64,000 nucleotides of DNA from an uncultured delta proteobacterium (lineage in GTDB: Bacteria; Myxococcota; Myxococcia; Myxococcales; Myxococcaceae): the NCBI GenBank assembly GCA_963771175.1, contig CAVYSY010000056.1, positions 96,001 to 160,000 on the forward strand, written 5' to 3'. Both the position numbers and the translations under genes were made by a program. Positions within the stretch are counted from its first letter, which is position 1, and the number at the start of each line of letters is the position of its first letter. Below are positions 32,201 through 44,631 of this stretch, in pieces. The notes under the pieces are model-generated. The model was not told the origin of the DNA and searched no databases. It saw nothing but the letters and a program-made list of their open reading frames with translations.

Positions 32201-33376
32201 CTCGCCTCCCATGGACAGGGCCACGGAGCCGCCATGCTGTCCGATGAGCTCCGCGCTTGTCTCGTGGAAGGCCAGCACCACCTCGTCCACGTCCTCGGCA
32301 TCGAGCGGCGCGGCTCCCTCGGTGAGCCCCGTGAGCACGAACGCCACCAGCGTCAACTGATGGCGCTGGGAGGTCCGAGGGGCCTCGCATCCAGGCTGGA
32401 GCCGCACCCTCAGCTCGTGCAGCTCCGAGCGCAGCTCCAGCGCCGTGCGGAAGCGCCGGGCCGGGTCCTTGGCCAGCGCGGTGGTCAGCAGCGCCTCCAC
32501 CTCCTGGGGCACCTCGGGCCGGCGCGCGCGCACCGAAGGCACGGGCTCGTCGGAGGTGACCCACGCGCGCAGCTCGTCAAAGGGAGCGCTCGGGTGGGGC
32601 ATCCTCCCGGTGAGCAGCTCGTGGAGCACGACTCCGACGGCCCAGATGTCGGTGCGCGCGTCCTGGGGCTCACCCCGCCACTGCTCCGGCGCCATGTAGG
32701 CCGGCGTCCCCGCGGTGGGCAGCTCCGGTCTGTAGCCACTGCAGGCGGGCGAGAAGTTCGACAGGCCGAAGTCGAGCAGCTTCACCGTCCCCTGCTGGGT
32801 GAGGAAGACATTGCCGGGCTTGAGGTCCCGGTGCACGAGGTGACGCTCGTGCGCGTGCGCCAGGCCCGCGGCGATGCCCTCGAGGATCTCCAACGCGCGC
32901 TCGACGTCTGGCGGCCCCCGCTTCAGCAGCGCGGCGAGCGACTCGCCCTCCAGGCACTCCATCACCAGGACGGGGATGCCCGGCTCTCCGGGAGCGTCCT
33001 GCCACTCGGACACGTCGAAGATGCGGACGATGTTCTCGTGGTCCAGCAGGGCCACCGCCCGCGCCTCGCACAACCCCGACTGCTCGAAGCCCTTGTCGAG
33101 CAGGAGGAACTTGAGCGCCACCTCGCGGGCCAGCACCTCGTCGCGCGCGCGGAACACCTGCCCCATCCCCCCACCGCCCATCCAGCCGAGCACGGTGTAC
33201 CGATGACCGTCCGAGCCTCCGAGCCGCTCTCCGGGAAGAGGGAGCTGGGGGGCTGATTCGAGCTGAAGCATCTCCTTCAGGAACGAGTCTCCGGACTCTC
33301 CTTCCTCGAAGAAGGAGAGGCCCCGGCTCGTGGATGGGCCCCCGTGCTCGTATGCCCTGGAGACATCCTTGCTCAT
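29285..33376 (-). CDS. Ser/Thr kinase - class III cyclase-like - AAA ATPase - TPR fusion protein
   Basis: [80 protein letters not shown]-like tail. Confidence 0.92.
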   Translation of the reverse strand: MSKDVSRAYEHGGPSTSRGLSFFEEGESGDSFLKEMLQLESAPQLPLPGERLGGSDGHRYTVLGWMGGGGMGQVFRARDEVLAREVALKFLLLDKGFEQSGLCEARAVALLDHENIVRIFDVSEWQDAPGEPGIPVLVMECLEGESLAALLKRGPPDVERALEILEGIAAGLAHAHERHLVHRDLKPGNVFLTQQGTVKLLDFGLSNFSPACSGYRPELPTAGTPAYMAPEQWRGEPQDARTDIWAVGVVLHELLTGRMPHPSAPFDELRAWVTSDEPVPSVRARRPEVPQEVEALLTTALAKDPARRFRTALELRSELHELRVRLQPGCEAPRTSQRHQLTLVAFVLTGLTEGAAPLDAEDVDEVVLAFHETSAELIGQHGGSVALSMGGEVLACFGCPQGREDDSERAVRAGLQLTRELRDTLQRKLPHLPLSGLVVRAGIHTDWVTVRAQALGSRGGGRLAVQGEAPRVAEWLARQAGPGGVLLGETTWQLVRGAFLTASLGSRVFEGLSGSLRLEAHGVLGERRVTSRFDQSLVTGRLLPLVGRESELAQLLEPWERAWRGQGSFVLVSGEAGIGKSRLIEELCERVAPESALLLRVQCWSRFSTHALHPAIALLQDVARFSPEDSPHQRLRKLEERLGELGLSTEDTHLMGQLLSLPVPEDSPVHHLTPERRKERIFEALARILLHRHCCEAPVLLVVEDLHWVDSLELEFLGFLLERIEKERLLVVLSSRPELQPDWPRHPWFHRLALERLPAGLAAMLVKEVAQGRELPDETVQRLVSRTDGIPLFIEEMTRMVLEGGAEASIPVTLHELLLARLDLLPSRQRALAQLCAVVGRDFPRALIAALMDLEDDVLGRELAGLVDAGLLQAEPCADKGPGYQFRHALIQDAAYQSLSRSTRRQHHRHIARVLEEHFPHLVKKKPEMLAHHYTEAGEVEPAIRYRFRAGQLANQRMAYREALNHLTLALKLLPGLPDAERRLREELQLLMALGVPLAYQHGYGSPEMERLCSRIRELFIQVGEELPRTELCFVSLQVHAFVGAEFQRTLELGGLLVDMGERQHSQELLSMGHRMMTSSLVSYGQMRAAAEHAERVLASLPLELEQLRRLATRQGLEPRSATLAFASVIYSVLGQVDKARRYGREAVEWIERIVHPQTLGLVLFYTAMSCRIRGELGEALERVERSIELSREQGNGMLRAYAGLIQGWCLSGLGRPREGLVLIRRGIDDWRSLGFRSMLPFQGYLLAESLLTLGRVREGLAVVHEALAGVDATGERDSEVELHHLHGELLWADGRAHEAKPHFLLALALARQRGLGLVELRVTESLSRLLRELEQPEEARALLEALQASGPGLAPRLSSAEP

Positions 33377-33484
33377 CGCCGCGCTCCCCTCTTCCGGCCG
33401 GGCTCCTGCATGGGCCGGTCCCCTCCTCGGAAGACGGAGTGGCCTCCCTTGGATGTGACGAGGAGGCGCGCCTGGAAGCCCTCC

Positions 33485-36400
33485 TCACTCCAACTCGCGC
33501 CCGGAAGGAGAGGGAGCATCCCAGGGCCCGAGCTCCTTCAGCAGGGCCCGTGCCTCGCGGAAGTCGAGCGAGTCGGAGCCCTCGTCGAGCCGCCCCAGGG
33601 CGAGCACCAGCAGCGGCCCGGCCTCCTCCGCCCTCCCCTCGTCCCGCATCAGCCGGCACAGGCTCACCGTCGCGCGCAGCTCGAAGAGGCCCGCTCCCTG
33701 CCGCGAGGCGACCTCGATGGCGCGCACGAACCGGGCCTTCGCCTTGCGCTCCTGCCCCCTGGCCCGCAGCAGCTCCCCGTCCAGGCGCAGCAGCTCGGCC
33801 TCGTAGACGCGCTCGCCCGTGGCCTTCATCTCCGCCAGCGCCTGGCACGTCGCGTCCAGCCCCTCCCAGATGCGGCCCAGCTTCAGATGGAGCTCCGCGA
33901 GCATGCTGTAGCCGTGCGGCACCCCGGCCCGGATGCCCCGCTCCGCGCGGCCGCGCAGCTCCTCGCGGACGAGCGAGAGGCCCTCGGAGTGCCGCCCCAG
34001 CTCGGACAGGGCCCACCCCCGGACCATCGTGGACCACGAGCTCCACAGCCAGTAGCTGCGCTCGCCCGAGAGCGCGAGCGCCTGGTCCGCCCACCGCAGG
34101 GCCTCTCCCGGCTCACGGCGGACCTGACAGGCCACGGCCGCGTACGTGAGCGCGTAGGCCGTGGTGTGGGCATGGCCGATGCGCCCGGCCAGCTCCAGGG
34201 CGCTCCGGCCGCAGCTCCGCGCCTCGCCGAGGTGCCCCTCCACCGAGTGGATGACACCGGCGAGGCCCAGCGCCGTCGCCTTCGGGTCGGTCCAGTGCAG
34301 CGAGGCCAGTCCGCGGTGCTGCTCCAGCTCGAAGCGCGCGCAGACCACGGCGCGGTCCACATCCGCCACCGCCTCCCGGATGTGGCCCCAGAGGAAGTGG
34401 GCGGTGCCCGTCATCCGGTACCCCACGGCGAGCAGCGTCCGGTCCTGCCGGCGCTCGCCCACGTCCACCAGCAGCCGGGCCAGCTCGTGGAACGGGCCGA
34501 GCTCCGCCCGCGCGTAGTGGTAGGCGAAGGGCCCCCACAGGGAGAGCTCTATCTCCGGCAGCGCCTCGCCCATCTGGAGGAAGAGCTCCCGGGCCCGGCC
34601 ATACGTGCGCCGCACCTCGGGCGAGCGGAAGCCCTGCACGTGCGACAGGGGGAGGCCCAGGGCCAGGAGAATCCGCAGCTCCTCGCGGGCGTGCTGGCGC
34701 GCATCCGGCAATCCCCTCAGCAGCTTCAACGCCCGGGTGAGGTGCTCCACCGCCTCCCGGCTGGCCAGCCGCTGGTTGGCGAGCTGCCCGGCCCGGAACC
34801 AGTAGCCCACGGCCGCCGCGTACGCCCCCGCCTCGGTGAAGTGGCGCGCGAGCACCTCGGGCTTCGCTTCGGCCAGGGCGGGGAAGCGCTCCACCAGGAC
34901 CCGGGCGATGTGCCGGTGGTACTGCCGCCGCGTGCCGCGCGACAGGGACTGGCTGGCCACCTCCTGGATGAGCGCGTGCTGGAACTGGTAGGCGGGCTCT
35001 CCCGCCTCGCGCTGCTCCTGGAAGAAGCCCGCCTCCACCAGGCCGTCCAGGTCCCTGCCCAGGGCGGCCTCGTCGCGCCCGGTGAGCGCCACCACCAGGG
35101 CCCGCGTGAAGTCTCGCCCCACCATCGCGCAGAGCTGCGCCAGGGCCCGCTGCCGCGACGGGAGCCGATCCAACCTCGCCAGCAGCAGCTCGCGCAGGGT
35201 GACGGGGATGGAGCCCGGCATCAGCTCGGTGAGAGAGCCGGCCTCGTGCTCCAGCAGCATGCGCGTCATCTCCCCGATGAAGAGGGGAATCCCATCCGTG
35301 CGCCGCACCAGGTTGCGCACCGTCTCCTCGGAGAGCTCCCGTCCCCGGGCGACCTCGCGCACGAGCACCGCGGCCTGCTCCGCCGGGAGCCGCTCCAGCG
35401 TCAGCCGATGGAGCCAGGAGCGCCGGGGCCAGGACGGGGGCACCTCGGTGCGCGTGCTGAGGAGCACGAGGATGCGGGCCCGCTCGACGCGCTCCAGCAG
35501 GAGGCGGAGGAACTCCAGCTCGGTGGAGTCGGCCCAGTGCAGGTCCTCCACGACGGCGAGCACCGGGCGCTCCCGGGCCAGGCGCGGCACCAGGTCCACC
35601 ATCGCCCGGAGGGCCAGCTCCTTGCGCCGCTCGGGGGTGAGCAGGCGCACCGGGGAGTCCTCGTCGAGGGGCAGCCCCATCGGCGGGCGGAGGAGCTGCG
35701 CCTGCTCCTCGGAGAGCCCCATTCCCTCCATCCGCTCCAGCAGCGCCTGATAGAGCTCGCGCGGGGAGCGGCCCGGGGGCAGCCGGAACAGGTCCTGGAG
35801 GAGCTGGAGGAAGGGGTGGAGGGCGGTGGTGCTGAAGCGGGACCAGCACTGGAAGCGCACCCGGATGGAGGACTCCGGGGGGACGCGCGCGTACAGCTCC
35901 TGGATGAGGCGGGACTTGCCAATGCCCGCCTCGCCGCAGACGAGAAGGAACGCGCCCTGCCCCCGGAGGGCCTGCGCCCACAGCTCCTCGAGCCGCCGCA
36001 GCTCGCGCTCGCGCCCCACCAGCGGCAGGAGTCCCTCGGTGGCGAGTGCCCGCTCGAAGCGCACGGTGGCCTCGCGCTCGCGCAGCACGAGGTGGACGTC
36101 CAGGCGCCAGCTGCCCGACAGGCCCTCGAACTCGCGCTGCCCGAGCACCTCCGTCTCGAAGGCGCCGCGCACCATGTGCCACGTGGCATCCCCGAGCACC
36201 ACCTGCCCCGGCGCGGCCTGCCGCGCGAGCCACGCGGCCACCTGGGGAGCCTCGCCCTGGATGACGAGCCCCCCGCCCCGAGGCCCCGGCGCGCGCTCGT
36301 CCAGGGCCACGGTGTCCGAGTGGATGCCCACCTTCACCGCCACGCCGGAGAGGGACAGGTGCGGCATGCGGCGCTGGAGGGCCTCGGGGAAGTCCCGGGC

Positions 36401-37675
36401 CAGCCGCAGCCCCGCGCGCACCGCGCGCTCCGAGTCGTCCTCGCGCACCTGGGGGAAGCCGAAGCACGCCAGCACCTCGCCGGCCAGGGACAGGGGCACG
36501 GTGCCGCCGTGCTGCTCGATGACCTCGGCGCACGTCTCGTGGAAGGCCAGCTCCAGCTCGCCCTGGTCCTCCACGTCGAGCGGCCCTCCGAGCCGGCCGA
36601 GCCCCGTGAGCAGGCACGACACCAGCGTCACCTGCCGGCGCTGGGACGCGGCGGCGGGCCGGCGTCGCTCGAGAGCCGGACCGAAGAGGCGCCCGCGCAC
36701 CTCGCGCAGCTCCTCGCGCAGCTCCAGCGCCGTGCGGAAGCGCCGGGCCGGGTCCTTGTCCAGCGCGGTGGCCAGCAGCGCATCCAGCTCCCGAGGCACC
36801 TCGGGCCGGCGCGCGCGCACCGTGGGCATGGGCTCCTGGGACGTCACCCACTCGCGGAGCTGCGCGAAGGTGGCCTTGGGCCAGGGCACCGTCCCGACGA
36901 GCATCTCGTAGAGGACGACGCCCGCCGCCCAGATGTCGGTGCGCGCGTCCTGGGGCTCGCCCCGCCACTGCTCCGGCGCCATGTAGGCCGGCGTCCCCGC
37001 GGTGGGCAGGTGCGGCGCGGCCGTGGCGCTGGTGAAGTGGGACAGGCCGAAGTCCAGCAGCTTCACCGTGCCTTCCCGGGTGAGGAAGACGTTGCGCGGC
37101 TTGAGGTCGCGGTGGATGACGTGGCGCTCGTGCGCGTGCGCCAGGCCCGCGGCGATGCCGTCCAGGATGTCCAGGGCCCCGCGCACGTCCAGGCGCTCGC
37201 GCTTCAGCCGCGCGGCGAGCGACTCCCCCTCCAGACACTCCATCACCAGGAAGGGAATGCCCGGCCCCCCGGGCGTGGCGCGCCACTCGGACTCGTCGAA
37301 GACGCGGACGATGTTCAGGTGGTCCAACTGAGCGATGGCGCGCGCCTCCCGCAGGGCTTCCTCCACGCAGCCCACCCGGGGCAGGAGGAACTTGAGCGCC
37401 ACCTCGCGGTGCAGCACCTCGTCCCAGGCGCGGAAGACCTGCGCCATGGCCCCGCTGCCCATGGGGGCGACAATCCTGTACCGGAGGCCCTCTTGCCCGC
37501 CCAGTCGCTCTCCAGCCATGGGCAGGCGGGGCAGGCTCTCGGGCTGGAGCACCTCCTTCAGGAACTCATCCCCGAAATCCGAGCTCTCGGAGCCACCCGC
37601 GCCGCTGGAACCACCCGAGGGGGGGCTCCCCTGCTCGGCTCCCTGCTCGCCCTGGTCCTCGCCGTCCCCGCTCAT
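33485..37675 (-). CDS. Ser/Thr kinase - class III cyclase-like - AAA ATPase - TPR fusion protein (paralog)
   Basis: [64 protein letters not shown]-like tail. Confidence 0.92.
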   Translation of the reverse strand: MSGDGEDQGEQGAEQGSPPSGGSSGAGGSESSDFGDEFLKEVLQPESLPRLPMAGERLGGQEGLRYRIVAPMGSGAMAQVFRAWDEVLHREVALKFLLPRVGCVEEALREARAIAQLDHLNIVRVFDESEWRATPGGPGIPFLVMECLEGESLAARLKRERLDVRGALDILDGIAAGLAHAHERHVIHRDLKPRNVFLTREGTVKLLDFGLSHFTSATAAPHLPTAGTPAYMAPEQWRGEPQDARTDIWAAGVVLYEMLVGTVPWPKATFAQLREWVTSQEPMPTVRARRPEVPRELDALLATALDKDPARRFRTALELREELREVRGRLFGPALERRRPAAASQRRQVTLVSCLLTGLGRLGGPLDVEDQGELELAFHETCAEVIEQHGGTVPLSLAGEVLACFGFPQVREDDSERAVRAGLRLARDFPEALQRRMPHLSLSGVAVKVGIHSDTVALDERAPGPRGGGLVIQGEAPQVAAWLARQAAPGQVVLGDATWHMVRGAFETEVLGQREFEGLSGSWRLDVHLVLREREATVRFERALATEGLLPLVGRERELRRLEELWAQALRGQGAFLLVCGEAGIGKSRLIQELYARVPPESSIRVRFQCWSRFSTTALHPFLQLLQDLFRLPPGRSPRELYQALLERMEGMGLSEEQAQLLRPPMGLPLDEDSPVRLLTPERRKELALRAMVDLVPRLARERPVLAVVEDLHWADSTELEFLRLLLERVERARILVLLSTRTEVPPSWPRRSWLHRLTLERLPAEQAAVLVREVARGRELSEETVRNLVRRTDGIPLFIGEMTRMLLEHEAGSLTELMPGSIPVTLRELLLARLDRLPSRQRALAQLCAMVGRDFTRALVVALTGRDEAALGRDLDGLVEAGFFQEQREAGEPAYQFQHALIQEVASQSLSRGTRRQYHRHIARVLVERFPALAEAKPEVLARHFTEAGAYAAAVGYWFRAGQLANQRLASREAVEHLTRALKLLRGLPDARQHAREELRILLALGLPLSHVQGFRSPEVRRTYGRARELFLQMGEALPEIELSLWGPFAYHYARAELGPFHELARLLVDVGERRQDRTLLAVGYRMTGTAHFLWGHIREAVADVDRAVVCARFELEQHRGLASLHWTDPKATALGLAGVIHSVEGHLGEARSCGRSALELAGRIGHAHTTAYALTYAAVACQVRREPGEALRWADQALALSGERSYWLWSSWSTMVRGWALSELGRHSEGLSLVREELRGRAERGIRAGVPHGYSMLAELHLKLGRIWEGLDATCQALAEMKATGERVYEAELLRLDGELLRARGQERKAKARFVRAIEVASRQGAGLFELRATVSLCRLMRDEGRAEEAGPLLVLALGRLDEGSDSLDFREARALLKELGPWDAPSPSGRELE

Positions 37676-37810
37676 CGCGTGCCCCCGAACCTCTCCCTCG
37701 GCTCATGTCTTCGGGAAAGGAGCGAGTTTCCCTGGAAGCTATGAACGGAGCGCGTGACGGACCAATCGGGCCGCCGGACGAGAGAGGGCCGGAGCCCGTG
37801 CACTCCGCCC

Positions 37811-39285
<1,475 letters not shown>

Positions 39286-39297
39286 AGTCGCGGGCGC

Positions 39298-40623
39298 ATG
39301 CCCGCCCCGCGCGCCCCGTCCGTTGACCCCTCTCCCCTCGTACTCCCCGCCCTGGAGGCCCTGGTGGGTCCCGTGCTCCTCCTCGACTCCCAGCAGCGGG
39401 TGACGGACGCCACGGCCGAGGCCGAGGCGCGCCTGGGGTCCTCGGCCGTGCGTCCCGGGACGCCGCTGGCGCAGGTGCTCTCGCTGAATGGGGGCCCCCA
39501 GGGACTCGAGGCGCTGCTCTCGCGGGGCCGCGAGGTGGAGGCCACGGTGCGCCAGGGCGGGCGCGTGCGGGTGACGCATGTGCGCGCCCTCGAGCTCACG
39601 CGGGGAGCGAAGCGGCTCGGCTGGGTGGTGCTGCTCGGCGAGGAGGAGGAGGCCGGGGAGGAGGGCGAGGTCGCGGAGACGTTCCACGGCATGTGGACGA
39701 GGGACCCGGGAATGAAGCGCGTCTTCCGCATCGTGGAGAAGGTGGCGCGCACCGAGTCCAGCGTGCTGGTGCGAGGCGAGTCCGGGACGGGCAAGGAGCT
39801 GGTGGCCAACGCGCTGCACGCCATCTCCGAGAGGCGCAAGGGGCCCTTCCGCGCCATCAACTGCGCCGCGCTGCCGCCCAACCTCCTGGAGAGCGAGCTG
39901 TTCGGCCACGTGCGCGGGGCCTTCACGGGCGCGGTGCGCGACAGCCCGGGCCACTTCCGGCTGGCGGACGGGGGCACCCTCTTCCTGGACGAGGTGGCGG
40001 AGATGCCGTTGGACCTCCAGGCCAAGCTGCTGCGAGTGCTGGAGACGCGCTCCATCATCCCCGTGGGCGGGCGCTCGCCGGTGCCGGTGAATGTGCGCAT
40101 CGTCACGGCCACCCACCGGCCGCTGCGGCGCGAGGTGGAGGAGGGCCGCTTCCGCGCGGACCTCATGTACCGGTTGCGCGTGGTGCCCCTCTTCCTGCCG
40201 CCCCTGCGCGAGCGACGGGGGGACATCCTCCCGCTGGCCCGGCGCTTCCTCGACGAGCTGCAGCAGAATGGCACCCGGCGCGTGGAGCGCTTCTCCCCCG
40301 GGGCCCGGCGCCTGCTGGAGTCGCACGGCTGGGCGGGCAACGTGCGCGAGCTGCGCAACGTGATGGAGTACGCCTACGTCATCGGCGAGGGCCCGGTGCT
40401 GCACGAGGCCGACCTGCCCCCCGAGTTCTCCGAGGCGCGCCCGCTGGCGCCCGCTGTCCCGGAGAAGCACCCCGCCCCCCCGGGAGCTGACCATGAACTG
40501 GCCGAGCTCCGAGCGGCCCTGGCACGAGCGGGAGGTAACCGGACGGAGGCCGCTCGGATGCTGGGCATCAGCCGCGTCACCCTGTGGCGTCGCCTCAAGG
40601 CCGCCGAGGCCGCGGAGCACTAG
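39298..40623 (+). CDS. sigma54-dependent Fis-family activator with a PAS-like N-terminus
   Basis: [56 protein letters not shown]. Confidence 0.93.
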   Translation: MPAPRAPSVDPSPLVLPALEALVGPVLLLDSQQRVTDATAEAEARLGSSAVRPGTPLAQVLSLNGGPQGLEALLSRGREVEATVRQGGRVRVTHVRALELTRGAKRLGWVVLLGEEEEAGEEGEVAETFHGMWTRDPGMKRVFRIVEKVARTESSVLVRGESGTGKELVANALHAISERRKGPFRAINCAALPPNLLESELFGHVRGAFTGAVRDSPGHFRLADGGTLFLDEVAEMPLDLQAKLLRVLETRSIIPVGGRSPVPVNVRIVTATHRPLRREVEEGRFRADLMYRLRVVPLFLPPLRERRGDILPLARRFLDELQQNGTRRVERFSPGARRLLESHGWAGNVRELRNVMEYAYVIGEGPVLHEADLPPEFSEARPLAPAVPEKHPAPPGADHELAELRAALARAGGNRTEAARMLGISRVTLWRRLKAAEAAEH

Positions 40624-40626
40624 TCC

Positions 40627-40666
40627 GTTTCACGCCGTTTCACGGATGTTTCACGCAACGTTTCAC
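40627..40666 (+). promoter_or_regulatory. Four GTTTCAC direct repeats at 10-12 bp spacing, candidate enhancer for the pdo operon
   Basis: GTTTCAC at 40627, 40637, 40648 and 40660. Confidence 0.75.
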
Positions 40667-40737
40667 CCGGCTCGCTCCCGCGCCGTCCCGACGAGGCACG
40701 GGTGGGGAGTCCCGTCCGAGGTCCGTCCCGAGGTCCC

Positions 40738-40753
40738 TGGCACGGCGCTCGCA
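40738..40753 (+). promoter_or_regulatory. sigma54 -24/-12 promoter upstream of pdo
   Basis: TGGCACGGCGCTCGCA (GG-N10-GC). Confidence 0.75.
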
Positions 40754-40800
40754 TTCACCCCCGGCGACCCCCTCGCTCCCGAGGGTGGAGGAACCTGGTG

Positions 40801-41499
40801 ATGATCTTCCGGCAGCTCTTCGATCAAGAGACGTGGACGTACACCTACCTCATCGCCGACGAGGCGACGCGCGAGGCGGCACTCATCGACCCGGTGTTCG
40901 AGCAGGTGGAGAGGGACCTGCGGGTGGTGGAGGAGCTGGGCCTGACGCTGACGCGGGTACTGGAGACGCACGTGCACGCGGACCACATCACCGGGGCCGG
41001 CAAGCTGCGCGATGCAACGGGAGCGCGGGTGGCGGCCAGCCCCTCGGGGGCGCCGTGCGTGGACGAGCATGTGAAGGAGGGCGACGTGCTCGCGCTGGGT
41101 GGCCTGCGCATCGAGGTCATCGCCACGCCGGGCCACACCGATGACAGCCTGAGCTTCCGCGTGGGCCACAAGCTCTTCACGGGCGACGCGCTCCTCATCC
41201 GCTCGTGTGGCCGCACCGACTTCCAGAATGGCGACGCCGGCCAGCTCTACGACGCCATCACCGGCAAGCTCTTCACCCTCCCCGAGGAGACCGAGGTGTA
41301 CCCGGGCCACGACTACGCGGGCCTGACGATGAGCACCATCGGTGAGGAGAAGCGCCACAACCCCCGGCTGGCCGGCAAGAGCCGCGAGGGGTTCATCGAG
41401 TTCATGAACAACCGCAAGCTGGACCCGCCCCGGAAGCTGGACGTCGCCGTGCCGGCCAACCGCGCCTGCGGCAAGCCCGTCACCCAGGCCATGGCCTGA
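40801..41499 (+). CDS. pdo: Persulfide dioxygenase (ETHE1-like MBL fold)
   Basis: MIFRQLFD, ETHVHADHITG, TPGHT, GDALLIRSCGRTDFQ, YPGHDY, AVPANRACG. Confidence 0.9.
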   Translation: MIFRQLFDQETWTYTYLIADEATREAALIDPVFEQVERDLRVVEELGLTLTRVLETHVHADHITGAGKLRDATGARVAASPSGAPCVDEHVKEGDVLALGGLRIEVIATPGHTDDSLSFRVGHKLFTGDALLIRSCGRTDFQNGDAGQLYDAITGKLFTLPEETEVYPGHDYAGLTMSTIGEEKRHNPRLAGKSREGFIEFMNNRKLDPPRKLDVAVPANRACGKPVTQAMA

Positions 41500-41525
41500 G
41501 CCCACCGGACCCGAGAGGACACACG

Positions 41526-41891
41526 ATGAACGCACTGTATGAGAAAGGCATCCCGAACGCGGACGGCTACCGGGACGTGGACGTGACGGCCGTCGTCGCG
41601 GCGCACGGCCGGGTGCGGCTGGTGGACGTGCGGGAGCCGTCCGAGTTCAACAACGAGCTCGGCCACATCGCGGGAGCGGAGCTCGTGCCGCTGGCCACGG
41701 TGGAGGGGGCCGCCGAGCCCTGGGCGAGGGACGCGGAGCTGGTGCTGGTGTGCCGCTCGGGAGCCCGCTCGGGCCGAGCCGCCGCGCAGCTCACGCGCAA
41801 GGGCTTCACCCGGGTGATGAACATGCGCGGGGGGATGATTGCCTGGAACGAGGCGGGCCTGCCCGTGGAGAGGGAGGCCCGCTCCGCATGA
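41526..41891 (+). CDS. Rhodanese-like sulfurtransferase
   Basis: LVDVREPSEF, GHIAGA, active-site loop CRSGARS, GGMIAW. Confidence 0.92.
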   Translation: MNALYEKGIPNADGYRDVDVTAVVAAHGRVRLVDVREPSEFNNELGHIAGAELVPLATVEGAAEPWARDAELVLVCRSGARSGRAAAQLTRKGFTRVMNMRGGMIAWNEAGLPVEREARSA

Positions 41892-42784
41892 TGGTGCTTG
41901 GGATCGCCGCCTCGCTGCTCATCGGGGTGCTGCTGGGGCTGCTGGGAGGCGGCGGCTCCATCCTCACCGTGCCCCTGCTGGTCTACATCCTCGGGGTCGA
42001 GCCGCGGACGGCCATCGCCATGTCCCTGCTGGTGGTGGGGCTCACCAGCGCCACGGCGGCCGTGGTGCACGCGCGCGCCGGCCGGGTGCGCTGGCGCACG
42101 GCCTTCATCTTCGGCGCCGGAGGCATGACCGGGGCCTTCCTCGGCGGGCGCGTGGCCCACGTCCTCCCGCCCGGGGTGCTGCTGCTGCTCTTCACCGCCG
42201 TCATGGTGGCGGCCGCCGTGGCCATGCTGCGGCGCAAGGAGGCTCCGGCCGCGAGCGGTGTGTCCGTTCCGGAGCCGGTGCAGCTCCCCGTGCCGCGCGT
42301 GCTCGCGCAGGGCGCCGCCGTGGGCCTGCTGTCGGGGCTCGTGGGAGCGGGAGGCGGGTTCCTCATCGTGCCCGCGCTGGTGCTGGTGGGGCTGCCCACC
42401 CAGACCGCCGTGGGCACCTCGCTCGTCGTCATCTCACTCCAGTGCCTCGCCGGGCTGCTCGGCCACCTGGGACATGCGCAGTTGCCCTGGGGGCTCACCG
42501 GCGCCGTGCTCGCCACGGCCATCAGTGGCAGCTTCATCGGCGGACGGCTCGCGAGCCACATCGCGCCGGGCACGCTGCGCAAGGGGTTCGCCTGGTTCGT
42601 GCTCGGCACCGCCACCTTCATGGTCCTGGCGCAGACGCCTCCCGAGCTGCGCGCTCGGATGGCTCCGCTCCTCGCGACTCCGTGGCCGTGGGTGGGACTC
42701 GTGGGACTGGTGTGCGGGGTGGCCCTGCCCTATGCACTGCTGTGGCGTGGCAACGTGGAGCGGTCGGACTCGGGGCGCCGGTGA
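41888..42784 (+). CDS. TauE/SafE-family sulfite exporter
   Basis: GLLGGGGSILTVP and GLVGAGGGFLIVP repeats, AVGTSL; ATGA overlap with the rhodanese gene. Confidence 0.9.
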   Translation: MMVLGIAASLLIGVLLGLLGGGGSILTVPLLVYILGVEPRTAIAMSLLVVGLTSATAAVVHARAGRVRWRTAFIFGAGGMTGAFLGGRVAHVLPPGVLLLLFTAVMVAAAVAMLRRKEAPAASGVSVPEPVQLPVPRVLAQGAAVGLLSGLVGAGGGFLIVPALVLVGLPTQTAVGTSLVVISLQCLAGLLGHLGHAQLPWGLTGAVLATAISGSFIGGRLASHIAPGTLRKGFAWFVLGTATFMVLAQTPPELRARMAPLLATPWPWVGLVGLVCGVALPYALLWRGNVERSDSGRR

Positions 42785-42807
42785 CGGGGTAGGCGCACCG
42801 GGGGCAG

Positions 42808-44398
42808 CTACACGCGGAAGCTGGTGACCATGGCCTTGAGTCGCTCCAGCGACGTGTTCACCTGCACCACCGCCTCCTCCGCGTTCATCGTCGACTCCAC
42901 CACGTCGCCCATCATCTGCGACAGCGTCGTCATCACCTCGGTCATCTGCGCGATGCCCGCGTTCTGCTGCGTCACCGAGGCCACGATCTGCTTCGCCGCC
43001 TGACTGCTCTCCTGCACCACCGTCGTTATCTCCCGCAGCCGGTCCGCCGACGTCATCACCTGGGCGATCCCCGACTCCATCTGCTGGCTGTCCTGCTCGG
43101 CGATGAACACCGCCCGACGGATGGCCTGGTTGATCTCCAGGAGGATCTTCCCGATGCGCTGCGTGCTCTGCACCGACTGGCCGCTCAGCGCCCGCATCTC
43201 CTGCGCCACCACCGCGAAACCGCGCCCCTCCTCCCCCGCTCGCGCCGCCTCGATGGAGGCGTTCAGCGCCAGCACGTTCGACTGGTCCGCCAGGTCGCGC
43301 ACGCTGCCGATGATTTCCCCCGCTCGCGCCGCCTGCTCCGACAGGTGCGCCACGCTGCGCATCAGCGCCTCCACCCGCGCCCTCAGCTCCCGCAGCCCCC
43401 GCGCGCTGCTCTCGATGGACTGGCGCCCCGAGGCGCTGAACTCGTCCGCCTGCGCCGCCACCCTCAGCACCATCTCCGCCCGGCTCGCCGCCAGGTTCGA
43501 CGTCTGGGCAATCTCGGCTCATCGTCGAGCCCGCATCGGACAGGCTGCGCGACTGGTGGCTGAGGAACGAGAGCTGTCCCTGGCTCGCCTCGGTGAGCCG
43601 CCCCGCCGCGTGCGTCAGGTCATCCACCACGGTCCGCAGCGTCACCGGCACCGTGCGCAGCCGCTGCACCAGCGCCTCGATGCCTCGCGCGAGCTGGCCT
43701 ATCTCATCCCCTGAGCTCACGTCGATGCTCTGCGTGAGGTCTCCCTCGGTGGCGATGCGCGTGGTCACCTCCGTCAGCCGGGTGAGCGGCCCCACCACGC
43801 CCTGCGTCAGCCACGACGAGAGAGCTCCCAGCACGAGGATGCACAGCACCACCAGGGTGACGATCCACCGCTGCCGCCCCTGTTGCAGCAGGCGCATCTT
43901 GTCGAAGGACATCTGCAGCCCGGCGTGGGCCTGCTCGCCCGTGCCGCGCAGGAGCCGCTCCAGCGTCGTGGAGCGCTCCAGCATCCGCTGGAAGGCCTCC
44001 TCCGCCCCGGACTCGCCCCGGGTCGCCAGCTCCACGGCGCGCTGCCCCTGCATCCAGAAGGCGTCGAAGGCCTCCCGCAGGGCCTTCGGCTGGGACGCGT
44101 CCATCACCGGGTTGTCGCCCAGGCGCGCCAGCTCCTCCTGGACGGACTTCGCCCCCTCCCGCATCGTGCCCAGCCGGGCCTCGTCCCGCGCCAACCAGGC
44201 CTCGCGCAGCGTCCACTTCAACGTGGCCACCTGGGACTCCAGGCCCTGCACCGAGACGAGCGCGGGCGTGTATCCCTCGACGATGCGCACGCGCAGCCGC
44301 CCGGCATCCCGGCCGAGCACCATCGACATTCCGAGGATGACCAGGAGGAAGACGGTAGCCACCACCGGCAGCAGTGAGACCTTCTGCTTGAACGTCAT
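42808..44398 (-). CDS. Methyl-accepting chemotaxis protein (frameshift near 43510)
   Basis: Two TM helices around a helical sensor; HAMP GDEIGQLA; hairpin ADQSNVLALNASIEAARAGEEGRGFAVVA. Confidence 0.88.
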
Positions 44399-44631
44399 CG
44401 CCCCTCGCTCCCCGCGGACGCCCCAACCCTGGCCTGCCCTCGTGCATCGATGGGCATCAATGCCGGGGCGGCGCGCGTCCGCCGCGCGGGCCGTAGAATA
44501 CCGGATGTGCGCCCCCCGCGCGCGCGCCCCCTCCCACCGGTGACGACGTCCCAGGGCCGGGGCACTGGCGACCCCCGCTCGGCTCCATCCAGGCTTCCTC
44601 GCCTGCCGAGGCGCCAGCCCGCTGGAGTGCC

